Shown here piece after piece: positions 1 to 10,093 of a DNA stretch of 36,023 bases. Position 1 is the stretch's first letter. Every line of letters begins with the position of its first letter. The position numbers and the translations under genes are program-made. The notes under the pieces were generated by a model. It did no database searches and was not told the DNA's origin. It saw only the letters and a program-made list of their open reading frames with translations. The DNA is from a bacterium (lineage in GTDB: Bacteria; Patescibacteriota; Minisyncoccia; UBA6257; 2-01-FULL-56-20): positions 1 to 36,023 of the forward strand of contig JAKAGE010000001.1 of assembly GCA_021817655.1 (NCBI GenBank), given 5' to 3'.

Positions 1-163
1 TCAACGTTTATGTTTTCCATACCTCCTTCATATCAGCATTAAAAATATCTTAAACAAAGCTTGCGTTTTTAGAAGGTTTCTTTTTCTCAAATTATTTAGT
101 ATTATTTAATCGACCCACATCAGATGTTCCGCATCCTCGCTTGCCGGGGGCAACACACGAACA

Positions 164-3100
164 ATGGAAACCACACCTATCCCGTTCACCCATCTGCACG
201 TCCACTCGCACTACTCCCTTCTCGACGGCCTCACGAAGATCGACGAGCTCGTGGCGCGGGCGAAGAAGTGCGGCATGGATTCCATCGCACTCACCGACCA
301 CGGCGTCCTCTACGGCGCCGTTGAGTTTTACAAACTGGCGAAGAAGAACGGCGTGAAGCCGATCCTCGGCGTCGAGGCGTACATCGCGCCGCGCGACCGG
401 TTCTCGCGCGAATCGAGCGAGCGGTACACCCACCTCATCCTCCTTGCCGAAAACCAGACAGGATGGAAAAATCTGATCACGCTCGTTTCCAAGGCGCATC
501 TCGAAGGGTTCTATTATAAGCCGCGGATGGACAAGGACCTCCTCCGCGAAAACCACGAGGGACTTATCGCGCTTTCCGCATGCCTCGGCGGAGAAGTGGC
601 TCGCGCCCTTACCGACGGTCGCTACGACGAGGCCAAGCGCACCGCGTTCGAATATCAGGAAATCTTCGGCAAAGGCAATTATTTCCTCGAGATCCAGAAG
701 CACCCGCATATCCCCGAATCGGAAAAGATCGAAGCAGGCCTCGTGCGGCTTTCGGAAGATACCGGCATCCCGCTCGTCGCGACCCAGGATAGCCACTACA
801 CGCATTCGGAGGACGCCGAATACCACGACGTCCTGCTCGCCGTGCAGACCGGCAACAAACTGACGGACGACGACCGGATGACGATGAAAGAGGATGATTT
901 CTCGATCCTCACCGGCGAGGATATGCTGAAAAAGTTTTCGAAGATCCCGGGCGGCAGGGAGGCGGTCGCACGGACGCACGAGATCGCGGAACGCTGCAAT
1001 GTGGAGCTCGATCTCGGCCATAACCTTCTCCCGGATTTCCCGAAACCGCCCGGAAAAACAGCGAACCAATACGTGCGCGAGCTGATCGAAGAGCGCCTGC
1101 CGCGGCGCTTCCCGACGGAAACGACGCCTGCGGAGAAAATGAAGGAGGTCCGCGATCGCCTTGAATACGAACTCGGCGTCATCGAAAAGACCGGCTTCGC
1201 CGACTACTTCCTCATCGTGCAAGACCTCGTCTGGTGGGCGAAATCGCACGGAATCGCGGTCGGCCCGGGCCGCGGTTCCGCCGCCGGCGCGCTCGTCTCA
1301 TATGCGCTCGGCATCACCGACATCAATCCGCTCAAATACGGATTGCTTTTCGAGCGGTTCCTCAATCCGGAGCGCATCTCGATGCCGGACATCGACATCG
1401 ACTTCTCCGACGTACGGCGCGACGAGGTGCTCGCGTATGCGCGGCAAAAATACGGCGAGGATCACGTGGCGCGCATCATCACGTTCGGGACCATGGCCGC
1501 GCGCGCCGCGATCCGCGATGCCGGAAGCGCCATGGGGTACTCCTACGCCTTCTGCGACCAGATCGCGAAGCTCATCCCCTTCAATCCGACCCAGGGCATG
1601 AAAGAGGGCTGGCTCGACGAATGCCTCAAAAAAGTGACCGAACTGAAACAGATCTACGACTCGAACGCCGAGGCAAAGAAGCTCATCGATACGGCGCGGC
1701 ATCTCGAAGGCGTCGCCCGGCACGCATCGGTGCACGCCTGCGCCACGGTGATCGCCAAAGATCCCCTCGTGGAGCGCGTGCCGCTGCAGTTCGCCCCCCA
1801 GGAACAGAACACGATCCTTACGCAGTTCGAGATGCATGCCGTGGAGGACCTCGGCCTCCTGAAGATCGACTTCCTCGGACTGAAAAACCTCACCATCATC
1901 GAAGATGCCGTCCGCATCGTGAAAGAGCTGCACGGAATAACGATCGATATCTCGAACATCCCCGAGGACGACCCGAAGACGTTCGATCTCTTCCGCCGCG
2001 GCGACATGACCGGCGTTTTCCAGTTCGAATCATCGGGGATGCGGCGGTACATGAAGGAACTCCAGCCTACCAGCATGGAGGACCTTGTCGCGCTCGTGGC
2101 ACTGTTCCGCCCGGGCCCGATGGAGCTCATCCCGACATACATCAAGCGCAAGCACGGCGAAGAGCGGATCACCTACATCCATCCGGTGATGGAAGAGACG
2201 CTCAAGAGCACGTACGGCGTCATCGTCTACCAGGAACAGGTGATGGACCTCGCGACAAAACTCGCCGGACTCACCCGCGGCGAAGGATATCTGCTGATCA
2301 AGGCGGTCGGCAAGAAGATCAAATCGCTTCTCGACGAGCAGAAAGAAAAGTTCCTCAAGGGCTGCGCGAAAAACAACATTCCCGCCAAGGTCGCCACGCA
2401 GGCATGGGAGCTCATCGAGCCGTTCGCCCGCTACGGCTTCAATAAAGCCCACTCGGCATGCTACGCCACGATCGCCTACCGCACGGCATGGCTCAAGGCG
2501 AACTACCCGGAGGAATCGATGGCGGCGCTCCTGAATGCCGAAATGAACGACATCGAGCGCATTTCATTCCTCATCCAGGAGGCGAAGACGGCGGGCGTCA
2601 CGATCCTTCCGCCGGACGTGAACGCGAGCTTCGTCAACTTCACGCCCGAAGGGCCGAAGATCCGGTTCGGCCTGCTCGCCATTAAGAACGTCGGATCGGA
2701 AATCACGCGCGCGATCATCGATGAGCGCGCGCGAGGCGGCCCGTTCGAAAGTTTCGATGATTTTTTGACCCGTATCCGGCATAAGGATCTCAACAAAAAA
2801 TCCCTCGAGTCGCTCGCGAAAAGCGGCGCGTTCGATTCGCTCGGCGTCGAGCGCAACCAGATCCTCGCCAACATGGACGCGATCCTCCAGTTCGTCTCGC
2901 TCGTGAAGCGCAATGGCACCACGGCCGCCAATTCCCTCTTTGGCATGTCGGCGCCATCGGCGGCGCTGAAGCTCGCCCCCGCACCGCCCGCGACGAGCGG
3001 CGAAAAGCTCATCTGGGAAAAGGAGCTCATCGGATTCTTCATCTCGGCCCATCCGATGGAGAACTTCACATCGGCGATCGAACACTATAAATGCAGGCCC

Positions 3101-3385
3101 GTGAGCGAGGTCCTGGGAGAGACCGACGAAAAGCGCACCGTCCGCACCGCAGGCCTGGTCTCCAAGATGAAGAAAATCTTCACGAAAAGCGGGCAGCCGA
3201 TGATCTTCGCGACGATCGAGGACAATGTTTCCGGCCAGTCGATCGAGGTCGTTGTCTTTAACAGCGTGCTTGAAAAAACGTCCGCCGCATGGGCCGAGAA
3301 TGCCTGCGTCATCGTGGACGGGCATGTCTCCCGCCGCGACGGCGAGGTAAAACTGCTTGCCGAGAACGCAAAGCGGCTGGAATAG
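164..3385 (+). CDS. dnaE: DNA polymerase III alpha subunit
   Basis: PHP domain HLHVHSHYSLLDG, GRGSAAG, catalytic PDIDIDF, YGFNKAH, C-terminal OB fold; 1073 aa. Confidence 0.99.
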   Translation: METTPIPFTHLHVHSHYSLLDGLTKIDELVARAKKCGMDSIALTDHGVLYGAVEFYKLAKKNGVKPILGVEAYIAPRDRFSRESSERYTHLILLAENQTGWKNLITLVSKAHLEGFYYKPRMDKDLLRENHEGLIALSACLGGEVARALTDGRYDEAKRTAFEYQEIFGKGNYFLEIQKHPHIPESEKIEAGLVRLSEDTGIPLVATQDSHYTHSEDAEYHDVLLAVQTGNKLTDDDRMTMKEDDFSILTGEDMLKKFSKIPGGREAVARTHEIAERCNVELDLGHNLLPDFPKPPGKTANQYVRELIEERLPRRFPTETTPAEKMKEVRDRLEYELGVIEKTGFADYFLIVQDLVWWAKSHGIAVGPGRGSAAGALVSYALGITDINPLKYGLLFERFLNPERISMPDIDIDFSDVRRDEVLAYARQKYGEDHVARIITFGTMAARAAIRDAGSAMGYSYAFCDQIAKLIPFNPTQGMKEGWLDECLKKVTELKQIYDSNAEAKKLIDTARHLEGVARHASVHACATVIAKDPLVERVPLQFAPQEQNTILTQFEMHAVEDLGLLKIDFLGLKNLTIIEDAVRIVKELHGITIDISNIPEDDPKTFDLFRRGDMTGVFQFESSGMRRYMKELQPTSMEDLVALVALFRPGPMELIPTYIKRKHGEERITYIHPVMEETLKSTYGVIVYQEQVMDLATKLAGLTRGEGYLLIKAVGKKIKSLLDEQKEKFLKGCAKNNIPAKVATQAWELIEPFARYGFNKAHSACYATIAYRTAWLKANYPEESMAALLNAEMNDIERISFLIQEAKTAGVTILPPDVNASFVNFTPEGPKIRFGLLAIKNVGSEITRAIIDERARGGPFESFDDFLTRIRHKDLNKKSLESLAKSGAFDSLGVERNQILANMDAILQFVSLVKRNGTTAANSLFGMSAPSAALKLAPAPPATSGEKLIWEKELIGFFISAHPMENFTSAIEHYKCRPVSEVLGETDEKRTVRTAGLVSKMKKIFTKSGQPMIFATIEDNVSGQSIEVVVFNSVLEKTSAAWAENACVIVDGHVSRRDGEVKLLAENAKRLE

Positions 3386-3467
3386 AACCGCGCCCGCAAT
3401 AATGCTGTCCGCAAAAACATTGACGAAAAAGAAGGAATAGGATTAAACTGAAAACAGTTCACAAACA

Positions 3468-3863
3468 ATGCCACTGACACTGGCATTGATCTCACATCGG
3501 AGAACAAAGATGGATTTCCTATCACCACGACCGTCGGATCGCCGCCGGAAAGAGGTAAGCCTCAGCAGCGCTGTGGCATTGTCACCGGAAGCAATTTTCA
3601 TCGAGAATGAAGCGGCAACCGGGAGCCGACGCACCATACAGCAGAAAACGCTTGCCACCCTCCGCAAGGCGCCCGACTTCAGCGAGGAGGATCTGCAAAT
3701 CCTTCTCTGGACCCTCAATCATGACACCGTGTGCTGCATGGCCAGAGAAATGAGAGTCTCTCCGGATTACATCAAAAGCCGCCAGAAAGCGATCAGGAAG
3801 AAGCTTTCAGAAAATTTGTGCGTGATCCGCGCCATTTTTGAAAGTGGCGGCGAAACCAACTGA
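3468..3863 (+). CDS. Small hypothetical protein with a LuxR/GerE-like C-terminal HTH (start may be 3510)
   Basis: FSEEDLQILLWTLNHDTVCCMAREMRVSPDYIKSRQKAIRKKL follows the LuxR HTH spacing; fills the gap between dnaE and the lysS terminator. Confidence 0.55.
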   Translation: MPLTLALISHRRTKMDFLSPRPSDRRRKEVSLSSAVALSPEAIFIENEAATGSRRTIQQKTLATLRKAPDFSEEDLQILLWTLNHDTVCCMAREMRVSPDYIKSRQKAIRKKLSENLCVIRAIFESGGETN

Positions 3864-3880
3864 ACCTCTCTATCCCCAAC

Positions 3881-3910
3881 AAAACGCCGCCCCATCCCCC
3901 GGGCGGCGTT
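3881..3910 (-). terminator. Intrinsic terminator after lysS (possibly bidirectional)
   Basis: 10-bp stem AACGCCGCCC/GGGCGGCGTT with T tract on the - strand, between convergent genes. Confidence 0.75.
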
Positions 3911-3913
3911 CAC

Positions 3914-5371
3914 TTATTTCTTCCTCCGCATAAGCGGGAAGAACACGGTCTCGCGCATAGGCTTGTCGACAAGAACCGAGAATACCCGCTCCGACATGCC
4001 GAACCCTGCGGTCGGCGGCATGCCATATTCGAGCGCGCGGAGGAAGTCCTCGTCAACGGACATCGCCTCCTTGTCCCCTTTTTTCCTGAGCGCCATTTGC
4101 GCCTCGAGGCGGGCACGCTGATCCACGGGGTCATTCAGCTCCGAAAACCCGTTTCCGAGCTCCGTCCCGCACGCCACGATCTGGAACCGCTCCGCGATCT
4201 CCGGATGTTCCCTCGACGCCTTCGCGAGCGGCGAAATGATGACTGGCGTATTGATGAGGAAGCACGGCTGGATGAGCGTCGGCCTCACCGTTTTTTTATA
4301 GATGAGGTCGATGAGCCGCCCTTTCTCCAGATTCTGTTCCGGCGCGAGGCCGAGTTCTCTTGCTGTGCCGAACAGCTCGTCCCGCGAGGCCGTAAGCGGA
4401 TTCATTCCGCCATTCGCCTCTTTGAACGCATGCACATAATCCACCTCCGGCCATTCCTCATCCCATGCGATCTCATATCCCTGCCATGTCGTGCGCAAGG
4501 TTCCCATGGAGCGTTCGATCGCACAACGGAACATTTTCTGCATGAGTTTCATGAGCTCCTTATAGTCATGGTATGCCCAGTAGCATTCCATAAAGGTGAA
4601 ATCCTGGAGGTGATCCCGGTCGATGCCCTCATTGCGGAACACGCGGCCGATCTCGAACACGCTCCCCATCCCGCCCACGACGAGTTTCTTAAGCTGCAAT
4701 TCGAGCGAGATGCGCAGATAAAAATCCGCGTCGAGCGCATTGTGGTGCGTCCTGAACGGCTCTGCTTCGGCGCCGCCCGCCTCCGGTTCGAGCACGCTCG
4801 TCTCCACCTCGACGAATCCGTGCTGCGCGAGGAAATCACGGATGCCCGCCCAGAACATCCCTTTCTTTACGAACATCGCGCGCACGTCCGGATGCATGAT
4901 AAGGTCGACGTACCGTTCCCGCAGGCGCAATTCGACGTCCTCAAGTCCGTCCCATTTGTCGGGCAGCGGCAGGAGTGTTTTCCCGCCGAACTGGAGTTCG
5001 CGCACCTCGATGCTCTTCTCGCCGCGCTTCGTCACGAAAAGCGGACCGGTCACGGATACGAAATCCCCGATATCGAGGTTCGCGCGCCAGAGTGCAAATT
5101 CATTTTCTTTCAGAACATCGTCTTTCAATACCGCCTGGATCTTTCCCGTACCGTCTTCGATGTCGGCGAAAACGATCTTCCCCTGGTCGCGCATGCTTCG
5201 CAGGCGGCCCGCAAGCGACACCGGCGCCATTTCGTTCGCGATCCGGTCAAACTCCGCAAGCGCGTGCGCGATCTCGGACGACCGCTTCACCCGCGCGGGA
5301 TACGGATCGATCCCTGCGGCCCGGATCGTTTCGAGCTTTTTGCGCCGTTCGGCGATGATGTCCTCAAGCAT
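3914..5371 (-). CDS. lysS: Lysyl-tRNA synthetase, class II
   Basis: OB fold, YLRISLEL, FRNEGID, YGMPPTAGFG; start set at MLEDIIAERR (5371). Confidence 0.98.
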   Translation of the reverse strand: MLEDIIAERRKKLETIRAAGIDPYPARVKRSSEIAHALAEFDRIANEMAPVSLAGRLRSMRDQGKIVFADIEDGTGKIQAVLKDDVLKENEFALWRANLDIGDFVSVTGPLFVTKRGEKSIEVRELQFGGKTLLPLPDKWDGLEDVELRLRERYVDLIMHPDVRAMFVKKGMFWAGIRDFLAQHGFVEVETSVLEPEAGGAEAEPFRTHHNALDADFYLRISLELQLKKLVVGGMGSVFEIGRVFRNEGIDRDHLQDFTFMECYWAYHDYKELMKLMQKMFRCAIERSMGTLRTTWQGYEIAWDEEWPEVDYVHAFKEANGGMNPLTASRDELFGTARELGLAPEQNLEKGRLIDLIYKKTVRPTLIQPCFLINTPVIISPLAKASREHPEIAERFQIVACGTELGNGFSELNDPVDQRARLEAQMALRKKGDKEAMSVDEDFLRALEYGMPPTAGFGMSERVFSVLVDKPMRETVFFPLMRRKK

Positions 5372-5385
5372 GGGATTATCATAGC

Positions 5386-5410
5386 AAAGAAAAACCCCTC
5401 TTTCGAGGGG
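5386..5410 (-). terminator. Intrinsic terminator after greA
   Basis: CCCCTC-GAAA-GAGGGG followed by TTTTTCTTT on the - strand. Confidence 0.75.
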
Positions 5411-5426
5411 CCCCCTTCTTCGTCGT

Positions 5427-5888
5427 TTATTCGATCTTGAGTATCTCGTAGGTCGCGCTCCCCGCGGGGGTCGTGACCGGAACCTTGTCCCCCGGCTTGT
5501 GGCCGAGGAACGCTTTTCCGAGCGGAGATTCGTCTGAGATGCGGCCTTCTTCCGGTTTCGCTTCGTATTTTCCCACGATGGCATAGGTGGACGTCTTGTC
5601 TCCTTTCTTGATCGTCACGACGGACCCGACCGCAACGACGTCGCTCCCGCTCCCGTTCTTCTCGATGATCACCGCCGACTTCAAGAGGTCCTCCAGCTCG
5701 AAAATGCGCATCTCGACGTTCGCCTGCTCCTCGCGCGCCTCCGCATACTCCGAATTTTCGGAAAGATCCCCGTATTCCTTTGCCTGCTTCAGGCGCTGGG
5801 CGACATCGTTGCGCCGCTTATTCTTCAAATCGTCAAGTTCCGCCTTGAACTCCTCGAGGCGCTCCTTCGTAAGATATTGCTTGCTCAT
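5427..5888 (-). CDS. greA: Transcription elongation factor GreA
   Basis: GDLSENSEY and ISDESPLGKA motifs. Confidence 0.98.
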   Translation of the reverse strand: MSKQYLTKERLEEFKAELDDLKNKRRNDVAQRLKQAKEYGDLSENSEYAEAREEQANVEMRIFELEDLLKSAVIIEKNGSGSDVVAVGSVVTIKKGDKTSTYAIVGKYEAKPEEGRISDESPLGKAFLGHKPGDKVPVTTPAGSATYEILKIE

Positions 5889-5893
5889 AGTGG

Positions 5894-6664
5894 TTAAGAA
5901 AGGGCGCTGTCGTTACGCGGTTGTTTTTCCGTCCGGAGGTGGTATCCGTCCCTCCATAACTTCCAACGAATCATACCGGTTTCCCGAAGAACTTTCAAGT
6001 AGGCCGACGCCTTCACGTGCGAACGGGTATCATTGACCCAGTGGACCGGGATCTCCCTGATCGTATAGCCCATCCGCTTCGCGAGCGCCAGAACCTCTAC
6101 GTCGAAGCCCCATCCGGGAACGCTCGAAAGGGTGAAGATCCGCTCGGCGGCCTCGGCGGTGAACGCCTTGAATCCGCACTGCGTATCCCAGATGCCCCAG
6201 AGCCCGAGCACGGACTGGAACACGATATTTCCGAGAACGCCCGGAATCCGCCTGAACCACGGCTCCGGCGGATCGAGCGTCGCCCCGCGCGCCGTGCGCG
6301 AGCCGATCACGACGTCCGCGCCTTCCTTGAACAGCGGGATCATGGCGGCGAACTGGTCGATGGAGGTGGAATTGTCGGCGTCGGTGAAAAGCCGGATCGC
6401 GCCGGCGGCAAGCAGCATCCCCTGCCGCACCGTCGCGCCTTTTCCGCCGTTCGCCGCCGCATCGACCAGTTTGAGGTTCCGCACCATCTTCGCCATGTTC
6501 CGCGCGATCGCCGCCGTATTATCGGTCGATCCGTCGTTCACGACGATGATCTCATAGGAATAATCCGCGCCCGCAAGGCGCTTGTCCATATCGACGAGCG
6601 TCGACGGAAGCCGTTCCCCCTCGTTATATGCGGGAATGATGATGGAAAGATATGGCTGCGCCAT
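5894..6664 (-). CDS. GT2 glycosyltransferase (dolichyl-phosphate glucosyltransferase-like)
   Basis: IIIPAYNE, NDGSTD, FTDAD, DTQCGFK, WGFDVE motifs. Confidence 0.93.
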   Translation of the reverse strand: MAQPYLSIIIPAYNEGERLPSTLVDMDKRLAGADYSYEIIVVNDGSTDNTAAIARNMAKMVRNLKLVDAAANGGKGATVRQGMLLAAGAIRLFTDADNSTSIDQFAAMIPLFKEGADVVIGSRTARGATLDPPEPWFRRIPGVLGNIVFQSVLGLWGIWDTQCGFKAFTAEAAERIFTLSSVPGWGFDVEVLALAKRMGYTIREIPVHWVNDTRSHVKASAYLKVLRETGMIRWKLWRDGYHLRTEKQPRNDSALS

Positions 6665-6697
6665 AGGATAATGATACCACTCCCGCGGCCGGAGCGG

Positions 6698-7456
6698 TCA
6701 TGCCTTCGTGAGAACGAGCGGGCCGCGTTCCGTGATCGCGACGGTATGCTCGAAATGCGCCGCGCGGGACCGATCGGCGGTGCCGTAGCTTTCGTCGCGC
6801 AGCTGGACGATATCGCTCCCTCCTGCGGACACCATGGGCTCGATGGCGATCACCATTCCGGGCGCAAGCGCCATTCCCGTGCCGCGATCGCCGTAATTGA
6901 AGACGGTCGGTTCGTCATGAAGCACGCGGCCGATGCCATGGCCCGTAAGGCCGTCAACGATCGTGAACCTTCGTTTGCGCACCACGCGCTCGATCGCCCA
7001 GCCGATATCTCCCAGCGTCCACCCCGGCTTCGCCTCCTTGATGCCGGCGGCAAGCGCTTCCTCCGTCGCCGCCATCAGCTTCTTGTCTTCCGCGGATGCC
7101 CGCCCGACGGCGACGGTGACCGCGGCATCGAGATAGAATCCGCCGTGTTTCAGGCCAAGGTCGAGCGAGACGATGTCGCCATCGCGCAGGACGTAGTCCG
7201 ACGGCTGTCCGTGCACGACGACGTCGTTCACCGACGCGCACAGCGTGTACGGGTAGCCATGCCGCGCGCCGGCAGGACGGTAGTTCAGGAATGCCGGCGT
7301 ATCGCCTCCCTCGACGATGAGCGTTCGCGCGATGCGGTCAAGCGATATCGTCGTCACGCCGGGCCGCACCTCGCTCTTCAGGCGCTGCAGCACCGCGCCA
7401 AGGCGCCGTCCGCCTTCCGCCATGATCCTGATCTCCGATGGGGTCCGATATTCCAT
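6698..7456 (-). CDS. map: Methionine aminopeptidase type I
   Basis: SVNDVVVHG, GHGIG..LHDEP, IEPM, AHFEHT. Confidence 0.98.
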   Translation of the reverse strand: MEYRTPSEIRIMAEGGRRLGAVLQRLKSEVRPGVTTISLDRIARTLIVEGGDTPAFLNYRPAGARHGYPYTLCASVNDVVVHGQPSDYVLRDGDIVSLDLGLKHGGFYLDAAVTVAVGRASAEDKKLMAATEEALAAGIKEAKPGWTLGDIGWAIERVVRKRRFTIVDGLTGHGIGRVLHDEPTVFNYGDRGTGMALAPGMVIAIEPMVSAGGSDIVQLRDESYGTADRSRAAHFEHTVAITERGPLVLTKA

Positions 7457-7471
7457 AGTATAGTGATGCGC

Positions 7472-8053
7472 TTATGAATTCGGATTGACAAGCCACCGTT
7501 CGTACACTTCGACGATCATTGCGATGACGCTCCGCAGATCATGCGTTCCGGTGTCGATGACCATGTCGTACTGGGAAATATCGGTAAAATCGACCCCATA
7601 CAGGTCCCGATACCGCTTCTTTTCGCTCTCGATGCGCGCGAGCGTCTTCTGGATGATCTCCTCGAGCGAAGCCGGACCCTGGCCCATCCGCTCGCCGTTG
7701 CTCACCTGGGCGAATATCCGCCGCGCAGCGACGGTCGGATCGAGACGCAAAAACACCCTGAAGGAATCGGGGATCCAGTGAAACGCCATGCGGGAATCGA
7801 TGACGATGTTTTCCTTCCCGCTGCCAAGCGCCCGGAGCATCGCGTCAACGCCCTCGTCGATCGCCTTCTGCTGCTCCGCAACGATGTTCATCTCCTCGAT
7901 CGATACGCCCCGCTCCGCCGCCATCTTCCGGAAAAGATCCCCCGACGAAAAATGTTCGTATCCGAGCGCTGATGCCACCCCCGCCGCAGCGCTCGACTTC
8001 CCGCTCCCCGGCAATCCTCCGATCGTGATGATATGTTTCCGTTCCATTGCCAT
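7472..8053 (-). CDS. Cytidylate kinase-like protein (short, archaeal-type (d)CMP kinase family)
   Basis: ITIGGLPGSGKSS, SSGDLFRKMA, VIDSR, RYRDLYGVD...YDMVIDT. Confidence 0.85.
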   Translation of the reverse strand: MAMERKHIITIGGLPGSGKSSAAAGVASALGYEHFSSGDLFRKMAAERGVSIEEMNIVAEQQKAIDEGVDAMLRALGSGKENIVIDSRMAFHWIPDSFRVFLRLDPTVAARRIFAQVSNGERMGQGPASLEEIIQKTLARIESEKKRYRDLYGVDFTDISQYDMVIDTGTHDLRSVIAMIVEVYERWLVNPNS

Positions 8054-8059
8054 TGTCGT

Positions 8060-8632
8060 TCACCGGCCGAGGGCCCCTTCGATCGCCGCGGCGACCGCAT
8101 CGGGCGCGGGCGCGCCGTCGATCGTGATGAATCTCGTATGGTCCTTCAGATATTCCATCGCCGCATGGATCTCGTCGTCAAAATCCCGGAAGCGCTGATC
8201 GATCGCCTCGGGCGTGTCGTCCGCGCGCCCTTCGCGCTCGGCGCGCAAAAGCAGCCGCCGCTTGCACTCATCACGCGAAAGATCGATATAGAGCGTCGCC
8301 ATCCGTCCTTCGTGCCCCCGCTCCCGCAACCACCCGATCATGAACTCGCTCTGCCGGATCCGCCGCGGCACGCCGTCGAAAATGATGCCGCGCCCCTCCG
8401 GAACGAGGGGCAGCTTCTCCTTCAGGATCTCGAGAATAAGATCGTCGTCCAGCAGTTTCCCGTGATCGATGGCTTTGATCCTCCCTGCAAGGGGCCCGCC
8501 TTCGGCGAGGATCGCCCGGAGCGTCCCGCCCATCTCCCAGAATAAAAAATCGAGCTTTTCGGCAAGCCGTTTTCCCTGCGTGCCCTTGCCCGATCCCTGC
8601 GGCCCCGCGACGAAGATGATGTCGTATTCCAT
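8060..8632 (-). CDS. adk: Adenylate kinase family NMP kinase (short LID)
   Basis: GPQGSGKGTQ, FDGVPR, GRADD; canonical position after secY. Confidence 0.88.
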   Translation of the reverse strand: MEYDIIFVAGPQGSGKGTQGKRLAEKLDFLFWEMGGTLRAILAEGGPLAGRIKAIDHGKLLDDDLILEILKEKLPLVPEGRGIIFDGVPRRIRQSEFMIGWLRERGHEGRMATLYIDLSRDECKRRLLLRAEREGRADDTPEAIDQRFRDFDDEIHAAMEYLKDHTRFITIDGAPAPDAVAAAIEGALGR

Positions 8633-8642
8633 GAATGCCTCC

Positions 8643-8670
8643 ATTGTAGCAGAATATTTCCACGATTCAA
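8643..8670 (-). promoter_or_regulatory. Sigma70-type promoter for adk-cmk-map
   Basis: TTGAAT-16 bp-TACAAT with TGn extension. Confidence 0.6.
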
Positions 8671-8697
8671 AATATTTCCGTTGCGATACGTGAACAC

Positions 8698-8827
8698 GAT
8701 AGAATAGCCATCCCCTCCATCCGCCTGAGAGGCCTCGGAGGCCGCGAAGACGGCCGAAAACGAAACGCCCGCGCAGCAGCGCGGGACGTCGTAATCTCGA
8801 GCGGATGGAGGGGATGGCTATTCTATC
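8698..8827. repeat. 27-bp perfect inverted repeat around a structured core, overlapping the secY stop
   Basis: GATAGAATAGCCATCCCCTCCATCCGC (8698-8724) is the reverse complement of 8801-8827. Confidence 0.9.
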
Positions 8828-10089
8828 CCCTCGTATTCCCTGACGGTGAGCTGCGAATCCACTGCCCGCATCGTCTGGAGCGCGACCGCAACGACGATCA
8901 GAAGCGCGGTGCCGCTGATCGTGACGACCGAAAGGCCGGTCACCGACTGTACGATGATCGGAAGGATCGCGATGATCCCGAGGAACGCGGCACCGAAAAG
9001 CGTGATGCGATTCACGAGAGAGCCGAAATATTTTTCCGTGTTCTCGCCCGGACGGATGCCCGGGACGAAACCGCCGCTCCGCTGGAGATTTTTCGCGATC
9101 TCTTCCGGGTTGAATGTGATGGCCGTATAGAAGTACGTAAAGATGAATACGAGCAGGAAGAAGGTGATCCCGTAATACAGCTGGTTCGAGATGAATCCCT
9201 GCGCGAAATTATTGATCCGGAGCCCCCACGAGGCCGAGAATACCGCAACGATCTGCGCCAGGAACTGCGGGAAAAGCAGGACCGAAATGGCAAAGATGAG
9301 CGGGATCATTCCCGCGGAATTCACCTTGAGCGGGAGATAGCTCTGCGCGCCGCCATACATCTTGTTGCCGCGGACCCGACGGGCATATGCGACGGGGATC
9401 TTCCGCTCGCCTTCGTTCAGATATACCACGCCCGCAATGAGCGCCGCGCCGGCGACGATGAATCCAAGATACGACGTGAGAAGCTGAGGGGTGTAGGACG
9501 CGATCGCGACGCCGACGGCGCGGGGCAGGCCGGCGACGATGCCCGCCAAGATGATGAGCGAAACGCCATCTCCGACTTTCTGCTCGCTGATGAGCTCGCC
9601 GAGCCACAGCGCGATCATCGAACCGCACGTGATCACGATAACGTTCCGGACCATGCTGAACGCATCGGGACGCGGAATGACGCCCTGCGAAATGAGCAGG
9701 GTAAGGAACCCGTACGACTGGATGAAGGCGAACGGCACGGTGAGAAGGCGGGAATATTGATTGAACTTCGCCTGGCCCCGGGTCCCCTCCTCGTAGTACA
9801 TTTCCTTCATCTTCGGGAAGATGATCGTCATGAGCTGCATGACGATGGTGGACGTGATATACGGGCCCACGCCCAACATGACGACCGAAAGATTTGCAAG
9901 GCCGCCGCCGGAGAAAAAGTTAAGGAACCCGAGGAACTGGTTCGTGCTGAAATAATTCTGAAGCGCCTGGGCGTTCACTCCCGGTATCGGGATCGCCGCA
10001 AGCACGCGGTACGCCGCCAAAAGCCCCAGGACGATCAAGACCTTGTTGCGGACCTCCTTCACCCGGAATACCTGCAGCAACCGTTCCAT
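8818..10089 (-). CDS. secY: Preprotein translocase SecY
   Basis: Multi-TM protein, LGVGPYITSTI, YLPLKVN, GFVPGIRPG. Confidence 0.99.
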   Translation of the reverse strand: MERLLQVFRVKEVRNKVLIVLGLLAAYRVLAAIPIPGVNAQALQNYFSTNQFLGFLNFFSGGGLANLSVVMLGVGPYITSTIVMQLMTIIFPKMKEMYYEEGTRGQAKFNQYSRLLTVPFAFIQSYGFLTLLISQGVIPRPDAFSMVRNVIVITCGSMIALWLGELISEQKVGDGVSLIILAGIVAGLPRAVGVAIASYTPQLLTSYLGFIVAGAALIAGVVYLNEGERKIPVAYARRVRGNKMYGGAQSYLPLKVNSAGMIPLIFAISVLLFPQFLAQIVAVFSASWGLRINNFAQGFISNQLYYGITFFLLVFIFTYFYTAITFNPEEIAKNLQRSGGFVPGIRPGENTEKYFGSLVNRITLFGAAFLGIIAILPIIVQSVTGLSVVTISGTALLIVVAVALQTMRAVDSQLTVREYEGIE

Positions 10090-10093
10090 ATCC

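Noticed and set aside
1..30. Start of a divergent - strand gene at position 20 (AAGGAGGT-ATG)
   Set aside because: Only six codons are visible and the SD abuts the ATG; cannot be supported from this window.
164..3385. Intein or split intein in dnaE
   Set aside because: The sequence is continuous through the YGFNKAH region, has normal length and shows no intein motifs.
5372..5584. N-terminal extensions in the ORF track for lysS, rplE, rpsE, rpsJ, fusA and rpsL
   Set aside because: They overlap upstream genes, terminators or promoters; internal ATGs match the family N-termini.
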